64,000 bases of DNA, from assembly GCF_964204865.1 (NCBI RefSeq), contig NC_135258.1:7998001-8062000 (forward strand). Direction: 5' to 3'. This stretch comes from Styela clava (taxonomy: Eukaryota). A model generated the notes under the pieces. That model was not told the origin of the DNA and searched no databases. It was given only the letters and a program-made list of their open reading frames with translations. A program made the position numbers and the translations under genes. This document shows positions 12,470 to 26,631 of the stretch, piece after piece (within the stretch, counting starts at the first letter, position 1; the number at the start of each line of letters is the position of its first letter).

Positions 12470-14661
12470 GTCCGTCTATTGAAATTCACAGGAATGAAAT
12501 ACCAAACGTCACAGAATACTGTTATATATATGACGCATATATAGTAAGCAACTGTTGTTCATCGACTGCTATTTTAATCTATCAAATGCGTCCAAATTCA
12601 TCAAAGACTTTTCGTTACCAAGTACCAGCTAAAGATAGATCTTCTTCCATAAAACCTTAAACCAATGTCAATTTTTTTCCGATCACAGTTGTCAAGATCA
12701 GACAGTTCTCTTCCTCGGTGTTTTGGTAATTAAGGTACGACTACACACTCAAATCTCTAAGGAATATTAATGTTGAGTAATGAAAGTATTTTTGTACATT
12801 TTAATGGCTGATTAATCTGCTATTGAATAGGTGTGTCTGAGAATAATCTCCAAATATACACCAACAACAACAAACTACTGCCGGTCGGTATATCTAACAG
12901 TATAAGGGCATATTTCAAAGAATAATTGAAAAATATAAAAATAAATGAGAATCGGCGACTGTATTTTATAACGAAAAAATAAACAAGTAACTGAAATAAA
13001 AATTGCAGAATGCGACGGGTGGTATCTGTTTACCTACTGAACAAAATGTCCTAAACTTAAACTTTTTTCCCGAGAACTTCAATTATGTAGAATTTACTAC
13101 CTCATAGCTATTTTCCTGGTCGTATTGACGCAAACTGCTACGCGTCAATTGGTATTTACTAACGCGCACTCTCACACAATTAATTATAGCGTCAGTAGCT
13201 CAAGGCATTTTGGTGGTTTTCCGTAGCTTTTCTCGAGGATCATTCTCTTTAATTTCTGAGTGAGTTCTTGTGACCTTGCTTCGATTAAGTATTTTCAAGA
13301 ATAACCTAGCCTTGGGCGAAAGTGGGAACTCTCTACCTAGGGTACCCCTTATTAATTTTAGTGTAATTATTAATTGTAACCGCTAAGACGTATTTGGGCA
13401 TTATTCTCCTGTCGTGGAAAGCACTACTCAGCCTGTATGCATCGAATTCTTGGTCTAGCAAACTATAAACTTTGGGATTCACCGCATTGAGTATGGGGAT
13501 GAGCTATGGTTTACAAACTTTTCACATCGCTGACGTTTTGCTCCATGTGCGATTTATGATCACTAGATGGCAATAGACAGTTTGAGTTATGACTCTGCTT
13601 TCTGTCGCCTTGGTAGTTTAAAAATAAGAATGTACAAATACACAAATATTTATAGATTTATTTACGAATATTTATTATTCTGTGTAGCGACATATATCGG
13701 TAACCCGTGGCATCGATATAACCCTAACCCTGTAACACCCAAACCCTTAGTATGCCCAAATATACAGTAAATCCCTGTATGCGTAATTTTTTATTGTTTT
13801 CAAACGACTCCCGAGACGGAATCAATATATAAATGTATTTAAAATTCCCTTGTGGTAGGCAAAACTTCCGTCCGTGATGATGGTTCGTCTTTGCGTCATT
13901 TTTGCTTTTCTTTGACTTCCGTTTGCAAAGTTCGAATGTTTTTTTCTTTTAAAGACGTCCTGTGTTCATAATTAGATGCTGTGAGCGTTTTTAATGATTC
14001 AAAATGTTTTCTCCTATAGGAATGTTTTTAGATTTCTAGATTTTGTTTAAAACGTAGCTGAACAAGGGCCTTGAAATATAAATTTATAGCTAAGTTCCAC
14101 AAGTAAAGTTATTATTTATTCTCTGTCTTTAATATCAATAGTAACAATAATATTGCAATAATATTGGGTCCACTAAAATCAAACAAAAAGTCAAAAACAA
14201 TAAGAAAAGGGCAGCAGGTGAACAATAGCGAGCAAAAAATAAAATTGATTGATTACATTTAGCAAGGTCGGGAATGCACATTAGCCTTTTTCGTAAAAAA
14301 TGAAAATTTGAGTGGGGCTTATAGCTTTAATTTCAGTAATAGTTCAGTTCATATGATACAATATTGATGATTATATACACATAATTTACGTTTTTCACTA
14401 CAATAACGATAGTACAAATCCGTTCAATTTATAATGACGCGAAAGCTGAACAAAAAAAAATTTTTGTATATTTTACAGAGATATGAATTATGTGTGTACA
14501 ACAATTTTTTGTAAAAAGCTTCATTCATTTAAATATGTCTTTATTATAATTGTCAATAATTATGTACTTAAATATATATTTTCTGGCACATGTACAAAAA
14601 ATTTATTCTAGGAAAGCCATAAATTTACAGTTGAGAGTGTCACTTTGTTATGCTATCGCAC

Positions 14662-14784
14662 CGGCGCATATTAAAAATGTGTGCCAATATGGAGGTAGCT
14701 TATTTTGTTCACCTAATTTACATCAAGTTGCGTAAAGGGACGGAGGAAGCCTGTGGGCAGGGGTACACACACTACCGGAGAACT
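14662..14784 (+). mobile_element. Internally deleted copy of MITE family A
   Basis: ccaatatggaggtagcttattttgttcacctaatttacatcaagttg...ggtacacacactac matches 46673-46880. Confidence 0.65.
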
Positions 14785-15994
14785 GTCGCATCTGCTTAAA
14801 ACGAATCTCAATCGGTGCCACTTCAGTATGCGTTTAACCTCATAAAGACATTCTCATGGAATGCAGTTCCTAACCCTGTGTCATCGCTGAGTTAACAATA
14901 TCTTGAAGGATCTCTCAACTAACTTACTTTGCTGTCGAAGTTATCCAAACTAAATGAGCGCGCAAAATGGTGTTGGAGGAGGCGTAAGAATTTATGTCTT
15001 GCATTAAAATTACGTTACAAGTGTTGAAATATTGTGGAGGGGGAGGGGGTGCATGACCCCCTATCACCCCCTACCACCTGGCAACGCATATATGATCAAC
15101 ATTGATGTGAATCTCATCTATTCGTCCTCCATTATGAACAAAAAAGAAATATATGATGGAATTTGATATATTTGAGGTGAGAAGACTCGAAACAATGCAA
15201 TTTTAATATAATGGCAATAAAAATTCATGCAGAAAATTACGGCTAGTACTATTAGTCTGATATTATTTCACGATAGGCAAACATGATAATCTTGACACAC
15301 ATAAAACATGTATCAGGCAAAACTTGAAATTCCAATAGACTAATAGAGAAAGTATTTATTTGACTGTAGGCTACAACGGGGGTGGCCATAAGGTCGCGCA
15401 CCGAAGTCAAACTCACAATCGGCATCGAAACGTGTATTAGGCGACTCATTCTAATTTTATATAGTTGTCATGATCAATCACAGAAAACTGTGTCTCGGGA
15501 TCGAATATTTTTAAGGTTTTTGTATCTTTAAGATTTACCTTGATGTGCGATTTTATGATCACCCTGTACGTAGATGTTATAAACTATTTTACTTCTATAC
15601 TATTAAAAATCTGGCACGGCTGATTTCCTGATCTTAGTTTCCACAAATTTGGCAAATGGAGTGTATGTATTTTTCCACTTATACCAGGATAAACCCTTGG
15701 CGGATGTGCCTGTGTATAAACCATTCAAGTTAGCGTGGTGACAATAGTTGTACCACCAACCCCCTATGTACGATTCAGCGCAATTTTTTCCTGGGTCCTG
15801 GTCGTTTTCTTGATCCCTCGTCGAAAATTGGTTATTGTTATGGTGAGCCATCGAATCGCCTGTTAATATAAACAACATGATAAATTCAATGACTTGAGGA
15901 TGAGTGCAGTGCGATACATGTTGCTCGAATAAATCGTTATAATGAAGATTGAGGCAACTAAAATTTTGTTGCTGCACATACACACACTATATAC

Positions 15995-16265
15995 CAGGGG
16001 TGTCCAAACGTTTAGGTCTCGTGAGTCCTTTTCCCCTTCCGAAGTCTTTTAGCTCTCATGAATCCTCTGTTTATCATTCCATTATGTTAAACAAATTCAT
16101 GCTCCACAAGATGAAAACACCTTCAGAAATAACCTTAGCAAGCAACGAAAGTAGATAGAACGGGAAGCTTTCTTGTCAAGGCAAAAGTAAGATCAGTTTC
16201 GCGCCTAGCACTGTGGCGCCCTCTAAATGCGAGGCCCCATTGGGTTCCCCGGTTGGTAACCGCTT
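15995..16265. mobile_element. hAT-like non-autonomous insertion in ficolin intron 5 (also 22367-22638 and 28984-29255)
   Basis: Starts CAGGGGTGTCCAAAC and is flanked by ctatatac/ctatataa (8-bp TSD-like). Absent from copies 1, 5 and 6. Confidence 0.6.
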
Positions 16266-16590
16266 CTATATAAATCGAAAAACAGAGTTATTGTCAATTT
16301 TTGATTATAAAAATTATTTTGAGCATTCCTGCATTTCCTGAATATCCGGTAACTGTTATTCGATAATTGTTTTCTGCTCCAGCAATTTGAAATTGTCTGA
16401 AAATTAGAATATTATTTGATATTTAATAATATATAAATATATAGGATATTTTAGATTATTTCCGGATGATTCTACTTGAAACAAATTTGCCATGAACGAT
16501 AACGATCAACAAACGAAAATGTGAAAAAATTTCTAAAACTTCAAATGCTACAACCAATTACTTTGTTACTTTTATGTCTAGAATTCAATA

Positions 16591-16796
16591 TACAGGTCGA
16601 CCAAGAAGTCTTCAAATTTTTCAAAATTGCAAAAGGAATTTATCGATACCATATATTGTTTTGGCCCTCACATGTATTAAACAAAGTAAAAATACCCAAA
16701 CATTTACTGATTAAAATGCAACATACCTGGTTTAAATATATTGAGAACTGTCTTCATAAAATTTGGGTTGTAAAAGGACTTTAAGTACACCCTGTA
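16591..16796. mobile_element. Tc1/mariner-type MITE in ficolin intron 4 (also 22965-23170 and 29582-29787)
   Basis: Ends are TACAGG...CCTGTA with TA flanks. Absent from copies 1, 5 and 6. Confidence 0.6.
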
Positions 16797-17339
16797 TATT
16801 CACACGTAATACTATTAGCAAACTTAAAATGGTAGTTCACTGAATAATCGACCGTTTTGTAAGCCTTTTTACGCTCTTTCATTTTATCAAACACTAAATA
16901 AAGTATACAAAATAATTGGCAGTGCGTAAAGGAAACTTCAATTACCCGTATTTTGCGATTAATTTATCGTTGTCTCTTGTTACAAAGTCGAATCGAATCT
17001 CATGAGGACCATTGGTGGATATTCTATGCATCGTCTCCAGTCCTGTGAAATATAAAGATATCAATAGTTAGTGTTTGGCCAACGTTTCTGAATCGCTGAA
17101 TCGTGTTTTTTCAAATTTGAGAGTCAATTCTAGTCAAGATGTTACGTCAAAGACAAAGTTAGGTAAGCCAGTTAGTTATTGGTTATCCCACATTTTTGAA
17201 CTTAAATCTTGAACAACGGAAGTTTTTTAAACGCCCGAGAACGGTATCGAATCAAATCACTGCATTCCCGAGTCACAAGCCAGGGTCATAATTTAAAAAA
17301 ATGAATTATTTGGAATCTGGTATATTTTGATGGTATTTG

Positions 17340-17429
17340 GGGTGGACCAGAAGTATAATGACAGTTTTGTAACTATTAATAATAATTAAAGTAATTCAAC
17401 ATCAATTGTAATCTACTTCTGGTCCACCC
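17340..17429. mobile_element. 90-bp MITE in ficolin intron 3 (also 23694-23782 and 30311-30399)
   Basis: Perfect 16-bp TIR GGGTGGACCAGAAGTA / TACTTCTGGTCCACCC. Absent from copies 1, 5 and 6. Confidence 0.75.
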
Positions 17430-17839
17430 TTTATATATATATGATAGTCGGATAAACGAATCCGTATTAATAGAAAATTCGAGACAAAACGAGAAATAAC
17501 ATATTGCCTTGATATCCGCGACGCCATCCTCTGTATGACATTATACAAATTTGATTATATTTTAAATACCCAACGCAAAATTATGTTCATAATATTAAGT
17601 ATACCTAGCCAGAATTCTCGTTCTATGTGATCAAAACCTGTGACATAGTCATTCCAGTCACGATAAAAATCCTCGGATCCGTCAAGTCTTCTTTGTATTA
17701 TCTAAACATAAATGAGACAGGTTAATTAAAAAGGAGTTGCGATCGTCAAATTTTAGGGACAACTCAGATGTTTGTATTCTTTCCGTTTGTGTCATAAAAC
17801 GAGCATATGCAATAATATATTATATGGTGAAATTTTTTG

Positions 17840-18000
17840 CGTGGATTGTGACGCATTGGTCTGAAATCTACGGATAAGTGTTAGAACAACGCTTTCCATG
17901 ACACCTCTGATTACACTGCGTGGGTTCGCAGGTTTGAATCCTGTGGATGATTATATGCATAAGTAATCCTTAACTCCTCACCGCCGTATGGTGGTACGGG
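17840..18000 (+). mobile_element. tRNA-derived SINE-like remnant in ficolin intron 2 (homologous pieces in all copies)
   Basis: A-box-like TGACGCATTGG and B-box-like GGTTTGAATCC (17931-17941). Related pieces are at ~10430-10610, 24205-24365, 30820-30980, 36440-36630 and 41770-41965. Confidence 0.55.
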
Positions 18001-18799
18001 GGTACATGAGGGTTATCAAAACTCTACTCACAATCCAACCGCCATCATCGGTTTCTTGATCACAATACACTTGGACACCTTGTATACTTTCATTGAACGG
18101 ATGAATCGCATAAGTTCCACTTGATATCACGTGATTCTTTACCGCTGCACAGTCCCGTGGAAACATCCATTCTAGAAAAAGTAATTGCACTTTTATTATG
18201 CTCCATGCCTGTTTAGATAATTTAAAAAAAAACATAGAAAATGTTTAAATAATAAACTTCCCAAGTCAAAGTATTGTTCTTTGTATCGTATCTAATAACT
18301 AAAAAAATTATTTTTATTTCGTTCTTCCCCATGCAAATAACAATTGCCTGAATGTACAAGCAACAAGTACAATTGTAATGCCGATTAGCTACTTGCAATT
18401 TTTCACTATACTAAACTATATAACAAGTAAATTAAAGTTTTCCAATGTATGCATTGGGACATTTTATAACTTACCATCCAACTCTTGAACTTGACGTTCA
18501 AGCTGTTCGTATCGTTCAACTAAATCTTCGCAGCAAGTACTTGGTGGCCCTGCTGGTTCTATCATTCCGCGAGGTCCTTCTGGGCCGCGCTCTCCAGGTG
18601 GCCCAGGACTTCCTCACAAGCTTCGTCCTCATTACATGAAAGATGACAAATTCCGAGACTAATATTTGCTTGAGTCTTACAAGCAAAGTATTGGAGAATA
18701 ATTAATGCCACCAAGAAAAATGACTTAGTATTGCCCGTCCACATCATGTCCTCTGATGAAATTCACGGGAATAAAATACCAAACGGCCCAGAATAATTG

Positions 18800-18809
18800 C
18801 TTTTATATA
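18800..18809 (-). promoter_or_regulatory. TATA box of ficolin copy 2 (equivalents at 12521-12530, 25214-25223, 31830-31839, 43296-43305)
   Basis: TATATAAAAG ~53 nt upstream of the ATG, at a conserved position across paralogues. Confidence 0.6.
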
Positions 18810-21800
18810 CAACACATTGCATTGATGCCTCTGCGGTCAAATGGGTTTTAGTTGGCAGGTATGTCACGGCTGTAATGGTAGCAAAATGAAATTGATATGT
18901 CGCTTATAAACACATCACGCGAAAACCTATCTCTAGGTCATATTAAGTCAGCAGACTATTCATCGTATGCATCACATGTATTTAGCAAAGGATATTGTTC
19001 CGTGTTAAAAAGTGCAGCATAGCGATATCTAATCAAATTATGTCTTTTAAGGGTGTGAAGTATTGCGGTTATTCTTGCAATTTCATTAAGATCTATATAT
19101 CTCCAGATTCAAATAAAACTTGCTGGTGCTGGTGTTTCTGTATTGAATAATACAAACATTTCATTCTTAATTGACGTTTAATTTATTCATTCTCATGCAT
19201 AACAACATCTATAATATGTTTATATAACCCTTTTCTACAGACCGATTTTAGAATTGATATCGATTTAGAATCGAATATATTTAATCAAATCGTGTTGCCG
19301 CTGCGGTCATGCTTAGCCTTTGCATTCCCCATTTTCAAACACGGAACAGGATATTTTTGATTCTGTTTCAGCCTTGTCAGTGGCTTCAGGCATTGGTCAT
19401 AAGTGACAATACTTATTGATCTCTATGTGATGGTAATGCTAAATGAAAATATCATGCAAGTCGTTTATTGTTGTATTTACTTTTCCTAGTACAAGTAATT
19501 TCTATGTAGTAGCTTTTAGATAATACCACATATGGGAGGTACTAACCTAATAAAAAATTACAATATAACCATTGCCAATGATGTTGAAGATAAGTTTTTA
19601 ATCGTGATCGATGGTGTGAACTGAATAGCGACGTACAATCTCCCGTGATCACATTTTGCGTAAAAAGTTTGCTTGTGACAGTTCATTTTTAGCGTAAGAT
19701 GGGTTTAAAATAACCGAGTTCTATTATAACAATCATAAAACCATATATTGGGTAACGCTGGGACGACGCAATATAAATGTAGCAAGGTGCTAATTTTAAT
19801 GCTCATACACGTTATGCTTTATTTGTGACACATTGCAATAAAATAAGTTAGTGTGCCGAATCTCTTTTAAGTGGTACACTTCTGTGCACTCTTTATCTAA
19901 AATGTATACACTAAGAATAAATTTCGTACTCGCTTGTCAGATCGTCATTTGGACGACGTACTGTGGGGTAACGAAGTTGCCATTTGATTTTAACGCTTTA
20001 GCCATGACACAGAAACAGAATCATCCTCCACATCGATAATAAGTAAATAAAAACATGTATTGTTTGATAATATATTAAAAAAGGCCGCTTAGACGTCTCA
20101 TTGTGCCAGGTTTAGTGGGTGCGAGTGCTTCATAGTTTTTTGAAGTTGTTTCATGTGGAGATGGTTCGTAGGTAAAAATTGATGCGGTTCGCACGCCACC
20201 GGAAATGTGTATAGTTGACGCGCAAGTACATAAAGTTTGCCAACGACTGATCTATGGAGTGCAGGGGCAAAAGCATTTATTACGACCAGTCTTTGTTTGA
20301 GCATCTTTGCTCGTATAGTTTTGCTTTTACCTAGAATATGGTGAAATATGAAAGAGTTTGAAAGCCATATTTCATTTTCCCTGACATTGTTCCGATATAT
20401 AGCAATTTACGATTCGCTTCCGCTAAACTAATTGTGTTTGGTTACCTTATATGTTTTATACGTATAACAATATGCATATCAACCGATGGCATGATAATGT
20501 AGTAATTTGATCGTGCAAAAAGTTACAATATAAGAGTTAAAATAAATACAATAAATTTGCTTGGATGTGATGCAGGAACTTTAAACCGCCAAATGTGGCT
20601 GTTTCGATCCTTGCTCAGGTGCATTTAGTGCACAGTGACGCATTAACACAAAGGCACCAAGAAATTGGCAATAGTCAGGCTCATACTATCTCAATCAACC
20701 TTGTGTAGGAATTACCTCAGTGTGTACTTACTTACAACTTATTCGGAGTAATACAGTAAACTAATCTAAAAGATTATATTATTATTGTGCACCTTTCCAT
20801 AGATGCTTTCATTTGAATGCCCAAATTTTTCATAATGATCCACGAACCAATAACCATTAAACCGCTAAAATTAACTAATGTGTATGTATTCGATTTGAAA
20901 TCAGTGTATAGAAGCGATAAATATACTGTTGGCGATGCCACTCTGTGTGAGATCGTCCTGCTTAACGTGATCTCAATCGGTGCCACTTTGGTATGCGTTC
21001 AATCTCATATAAACATTCTCATGCAATTCGTTTCCTAACACTAATTAAAATCACTGAAATCGCACAACTGCTGAGATTGCATATCAAAGTAGCACCTTGT
21101 TGAGTAAATTAGATAAGATACTTTTGCCACGGATAACTTTTGGTTAGAAAATTATTGCAATTAAATTAATTTTGCTTTCATTCACTCGGTTGGTTGCAAT
21201 TAGAGAGACAGTTCTGATTTACTGAATAGACGTGGCTTACTCAAGAACGTAGCCAGTCCAATACTTGAGAGAGGGCAATTTTTTGTCTATAATGACGTAA
21301 TACGACGGTTACTCGTATCTTTTGCGAAAAAAAATTTAGATTAAAACAGCAACTGATATCTAGCAATATCTTGAAGAATCTCTCAGCAAACTTACTTTGG
21401 TGGCGAAGATTTCCAAGCTATATAAGCGCATGACGCCTTTTCGCCTCCACCACTTAGCAACGTCTATATGATCAACATTCATGTGAATATCCTCTATTCG
21501 CCCACCATTATGAGAAAGACGAATTATGGGGTTGAAGTTGATGATATATTTTAGGTGAGAAGACTCAAAACAAAGCATTAATAAGATGACAATAAAAATG
21601 CATGCAGATTATTACGGCTATTACTATTAGTCTGATATAATTTCACGATAGGCAAACATGATAATCTTGACACACATAAAAACATGTATCAGGCAAAACT
21701 TGAAATTTTAATGGACTAATGAGAAAGTATCTATTTGACTGTAGGCTACTATACAGGGATGGCCATAATGTCGCGCACAAGAACAAAACTCACAATCTAT

Positions 21801-21969
21801 GTTTAAACGTGTACGTCAATAGCCAACTCAGTTTAATTTGGATTGTTATCATGATGAATCAGAGACGACTGTCTCAGAATCGAATAATTTCAAAGTTTTT
21901 GTATCTTTGAGATTTACCTTAATGTGCGACTTTATGATTACCCTGTACGTAGATGTTACTTCTATACTA

Positions 21970-24900
21970 TTAAAAATCTGGGACGGCTGATTTCCTGATC
22001 TTAATTTCCACAAATTTGGCAAATGGAGTGTATGTATTTTTCCACTTATACCAGGATAAACCCTCGGCGGATGTGCCTGTGTATAAACCATTCAAGTTAG
22101 CGTGGTGACAATAGTTGTACCACCAACCCCCTATGTACGATTCAGCGCAATTTTTCCCTGGGTCCTGGTCGTTTTCTTGATCCTTTGTCGAAAATTGGTT
22201 ATTGTTATGGTGCGCCATCGAATCGCCTGTTAATATAAACAATATGATAAATTCAATGACTCAAGAACAAGTGCAGTGCGATACATGTTGCTCGAATAAT
22301 TCGTTATAAGAGATGAAGATTGAGGCAACTAAAATTTTGTTGCTGCACATACACATACTATATATACAAGGGGTTTTCAAACGTTTAGGGCTCGTGAGTA
22401 CTTTCCCGCTTCCGGAGTATTTTAACTCTCATGAATCCTCTGTTTATCATTCCATTAAGTTAAACAAATTCATGCTCAACAAGATGAAACCACCTTCAGA
22501 AATAACCTTATCAAGCAACGAAACTAGGTAGAACGGGAAGCTTTCTTGTCAGGGCAGAAGTAAGATCAGTTTCGCGCCTAGCACTGCGGCGCCCTCTAAA
22601 TGCAAGGCCCCATTAGGTTCCCCGGTTGGTAACCGCTGCTATATAAATCGAAAAACAGCGTTATTGTCAATTGTTGATTATAAAAATCATTTTGAGCATA
22701 CCTGCGTTTCCTGAATATCCGGTAATTTTTATTCGATAATTGTCTTCCGCTCCAGCAATTTGAAAATGTCTGAAAATTAGAATATTATTTGATATTTAAT
22801 AATATATAAATGTATAGGATATTTTAGGTTATTTCATGATGATTCTACTTGAAACAAATTTGCCATGAACAATAACGATCAACAAACGAAAATTTGAAAA
22901 AATTTCTAAAACTTCAAATGCTACAACCAATTACCCTGTTACTTTTATGTCTAGAATTCAAATATACAGGGCGACCAAGAAGTCTTCAAATTTTTCAAAA
23001 TTGCAAAAGGAATTTATCGATACCATATATTGTTTTGGCCCTCACATGTATTAAATAAAGTAAAAATACCCAAACAATTACTGATTAAAATACAACAAAC
23101 CTGGTTTAAATATTTTGAGAACTGAATTCATAAAATATAAGTTGTAAAAGAACTTTAAGCACACCCTGTATATTTACACGTAATACCATTAGCAAACTTA
23201 AAATGGTAGTTCACTGAATAATCGACCGTTTTGTAAGTCTTTTTACGCTCTTTCATTTTATCAAAAACTAAATAAAGTATACAAAATATCTGGCAGTGCG
23301 TAAAGGAAATTTCAATTACCCGTATTTTGCAAATAATTTTTTGTTGTCTTTCGTTATAAAGTCGAATCGAATCTCATGAGGACCATTGGTGGATATTCTA
23401 TGCATCGTCTCCAGTCCTGTGAAATATAAAGATATCAATAGTTAGTGTTGGCTGAATCGTGTTTTTTCAACTTTGAGAGTCAATTCTAGTCAAGATGTTA
23501 CGTCAGAGACAAAGTTAGGTGAGCCAGTTAGCTATTGGTTATCCCACATTTCTGAACTTAAATCTCGGACCACGGAAGTTTTTCAAACGCCCGAAAACGG
23601 TATCGAATCAAGTCACTGCATTCCCGTGTCACAAACCAGGGTCGTAATTTGAAAAATAAATTATTTGGAATCTGGTATATTTTATGGTATTTGGGGTGGA
23701 CCAAAGTAGAATGACAGTTTTGTAACTATTAATAATAATTAAAGTAATTTAACATCAATTGTAATCTACTTCTGGTCCACCCTATATATATATATGATAG
23801 TCGGATAAACGAATGCGTATTAATAGAAAATTCGAGACAAGACGAGAAATAACATATTGCCTTGATATCCGCGACACCATCCTCTGTATGACATTATATA
23901 AATTTGATTAAATTTTAAATAACCAACGCATAATTAGGTTCATAATATTAGGTATACCTAGCCAGAATTCTCGTTCTATGTGACCAAAACCTGTGACATA
24001 GTCATTCCAGTCACGATAAAAATCTTCCGATCCGTCAAGTCTTCTTTGTATTACCTTAAAAAAAGAATGTGACAGGTTAATTAAAATGAGTTGCTATCGT
24101 CAAACTTTAGGGACAACTATTCTACTCAGATGTTTGTATTCTTTCCTTTTGTGTCATAAAACGAGCATATGGAATAATATATATTATATGTTTAATTTTT
24201 TTGCGCGGATTGTGACGCATTGGTCTGAAATATACGGCTAGTGTTAGGGCGACGCTTTCCATCGCATCTCTGATTACACTGCGTGGGTTCGCAGGTTTGA
24301 ATCCTGTGGGTGATTATATGCATAAGAATTGCTTAATTCCTCACCGCCGTATGGTGGTACGGGGGTACATGAGGGTTATCAAAACTCTACTCACAATCCA
24401 ACCGCCACCATCGGTTACTTGATCACAATACACTTGGACTCCCTGTTTACTTTCATTGAACGGATGAATCGCATAATTTCCACTTGATATCACGTGATTC
24501 TCTACCGCTGCACAGTCCCGTGGAAACATCCATTCTAGAAAAAGTAATTGCACTTTTATTATGCTCCATGCCTGTTCAGATAATTTAAAAAAAATAGAAA
24601 TTATTGGGAAATTATCTTTACATGTTATCAAGCTATGTTACGAGTATAATAAACTTCCCAAGTCAAAGTATTGTTCTTTGTATCCTATCTAATAACCAAA
24701 AAAATTATATTTATTTCGTTTTTTCCTATGCAAATACCAATTGCCCGAAGGAACAAGCAACAAGTACAATTGCAATGACGATTAGCTACTTGCAATTTAT
24801 CGTTCAGAAAATTCACTATACCAAACTATATAACAAGTAAATTAAAGTTTCCCAATGTATGCATTGGAACATTTTATAACTTACCATCCAACTCTTGAAC

Positions 24901-25161
24901 TTGACGTTCAAGCTGTTCGTATCGTTCAACTAAATCTTCGCAGCAAGTACTTGGTGGCCCTGCTGGTCCTATCATTCCACGAGGTCCTTCTGGGCCGCGC
25001 TCTCCAGGTGGTCCAGGAGGCCCTTCCTTACAAGGTACTTCCTCATTACATGAAAGATGACAAATTCCGAGACTAATACTTGCTTGAGACTTACAAGCAA
25101 AGTATTGGAGAATAATTAATGTCACCAAGAAAAATGACTTAGTATTGCCCGTCCACATCAT
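21970..25161 (-). CDS. Ficolin-like lectin copy 3, 6 exons, ~311 aa
   Basis: Exons 25161-24885, 24534-24395, 24054-23958, 23416-23320, 22769-22702, 22226-21970. Introns are GT-AG and 936 nt are in frame. Confidence 0.93.
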
Positions 25162-26178
25162 GTCCTCTGTTGAATTTCACGGGAATAAAATACCAAACGG
25201 CCCAGAATAATTGCTTTTATATACAACACATTGTATTGGTGCCTCTGCGGTTAAATGAGTCTTAGTAGGCAGTTATGTCACGGCTGTAATGGTAGCAGAA
25301 TGACATGGATATGTCGCTATAAAACACATACACGCGAAAACCTATCTCTAGATCATATTAATTCAACAGGCTATTCACCGTATGCATCACATGTATATAG
25401 CATAAGATCTTGTTTCGTGTTAAAAAGTGCAGCATAGTGATATTTAATCAAATTAGGTCTTTTTAGGGTGTGAAGTATTGCGGTTATTCTTGCAATCTCA
25501 TTAAGACCTATATATCTCCCGATTCAATTAGAACTTGCTGGTGCTGGTGTTTCTGTTTTGAATAATACAAACATTTCATTCTTAATTGACGTTTAATTTA
25601 TTCATTCTCATGCATAACAACATCTATAATATGTTTATCCCCCACAAATATTTTAAAAGTTAGATTTAAGGGGCATCAATATTAGGAATTCGACCTGGGC
25701 AGCAGAACAGTTTGACAAGCCCCTGTCTATAATCCTTTCTACAGACCGATTTTAGAATTGATATCGATTTAGAATCGAATATATTTAATCAAATCGTGTT
25801 GCCGATGCGATGATGCCGAAGAAAAGTTTTTAATCATGATGGACGGTGTGAAATCAATAGCGACGTACTACTCCCGTGACCACAATTTTACGTAAAAATG
25901 TTTGCTTATGACACTTTATTTTTAGCGTATGATGGGTTTAAAATAACCAAGCTCAATTATGATAATCATACAACCACATATTTGGTAACACTGGGGCGAC
26001 GCAATATAGATGTAGCAAAGTGCTTATTCAAATACAAATACACGTTATGCTTTATTTGTGACACATTGCAATAAATTAAGTTAGTGTGCCGAATCTCTTT
26101 TATGTGGTACACTTCTGTGCACTCTATCGACGTGGCATATCTCGGCTGTATATACACTCGTTTGAGAAGCTTTAGACT

Positions 26179-26631
26179 CAGGGATAGTGAACCTGCGGCC
26201 CGCGAACTAATTTGTTACTGTCCACGAACGATCCGAAATTTACGCATAAAACAAAAATTAGTTCTTAATATATTATTGGCTCCACACGGATTTATTTGAT
26301 TACAAGTGATTCTGTACGGCACTTGTTTAGTGGTAAGTAGCGTCAGTTGTATGTCGCTTTTTGATAAACTTCTTTTGTAATTATAATTTAAGTCTAGTTT
26401 GATTTTTAAAATTTGAAAATATCTGGAATACGGAGGGAGGTTTGCCACGAGAGTCAAACATTCCAAAGTTCTTGGACCAAAATTATTTTTCTACTTGCGC
26501 CGTTTAAAACCAGTTTGCTTGATACACCAAGTAGGCATCGCAGTTATTGAGGGATTTAATGTAAAATAACAATACAAAACGTGACATGGCAAATAAGAAA
26601 TTCGATCTCGAGACCCGGGGTTGCGCCACTG
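26179..26631. mobile_element. hAT-like non-autonomous element in the intergenic spacer (also 32796-33255)
   Basis: The 5' end reads CAGGGATGGCGAACTTGCGGCCC in the second copy and the 3' end GTTGCGCCACTG in this copy. The segment is missing from the paralogous spacer near 19880. Confidence 0.45.

Larger units (their letters stand above)
15603..18747 (-). pseudogene. Ficolin-like copy 2, pseudogene
   Basis: Exons 18747-18475, 18171-18032, 17701-17605, 17042-16946, 16396-16329, 15859-15603. Exon 1 is 273 nt versus 277 nt in copies 3/4 (4-nt deletion, stop at 18562-18564). The exon 5 donor is GA instead of GT (16327). Confidence 0.88.

Noticed and set aside
17840-17945. tRNA gene (A/B-box-like motifs)
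   Set aside because: No cloverleaf is visible and the box spacing and tail fit a SINE remnant.
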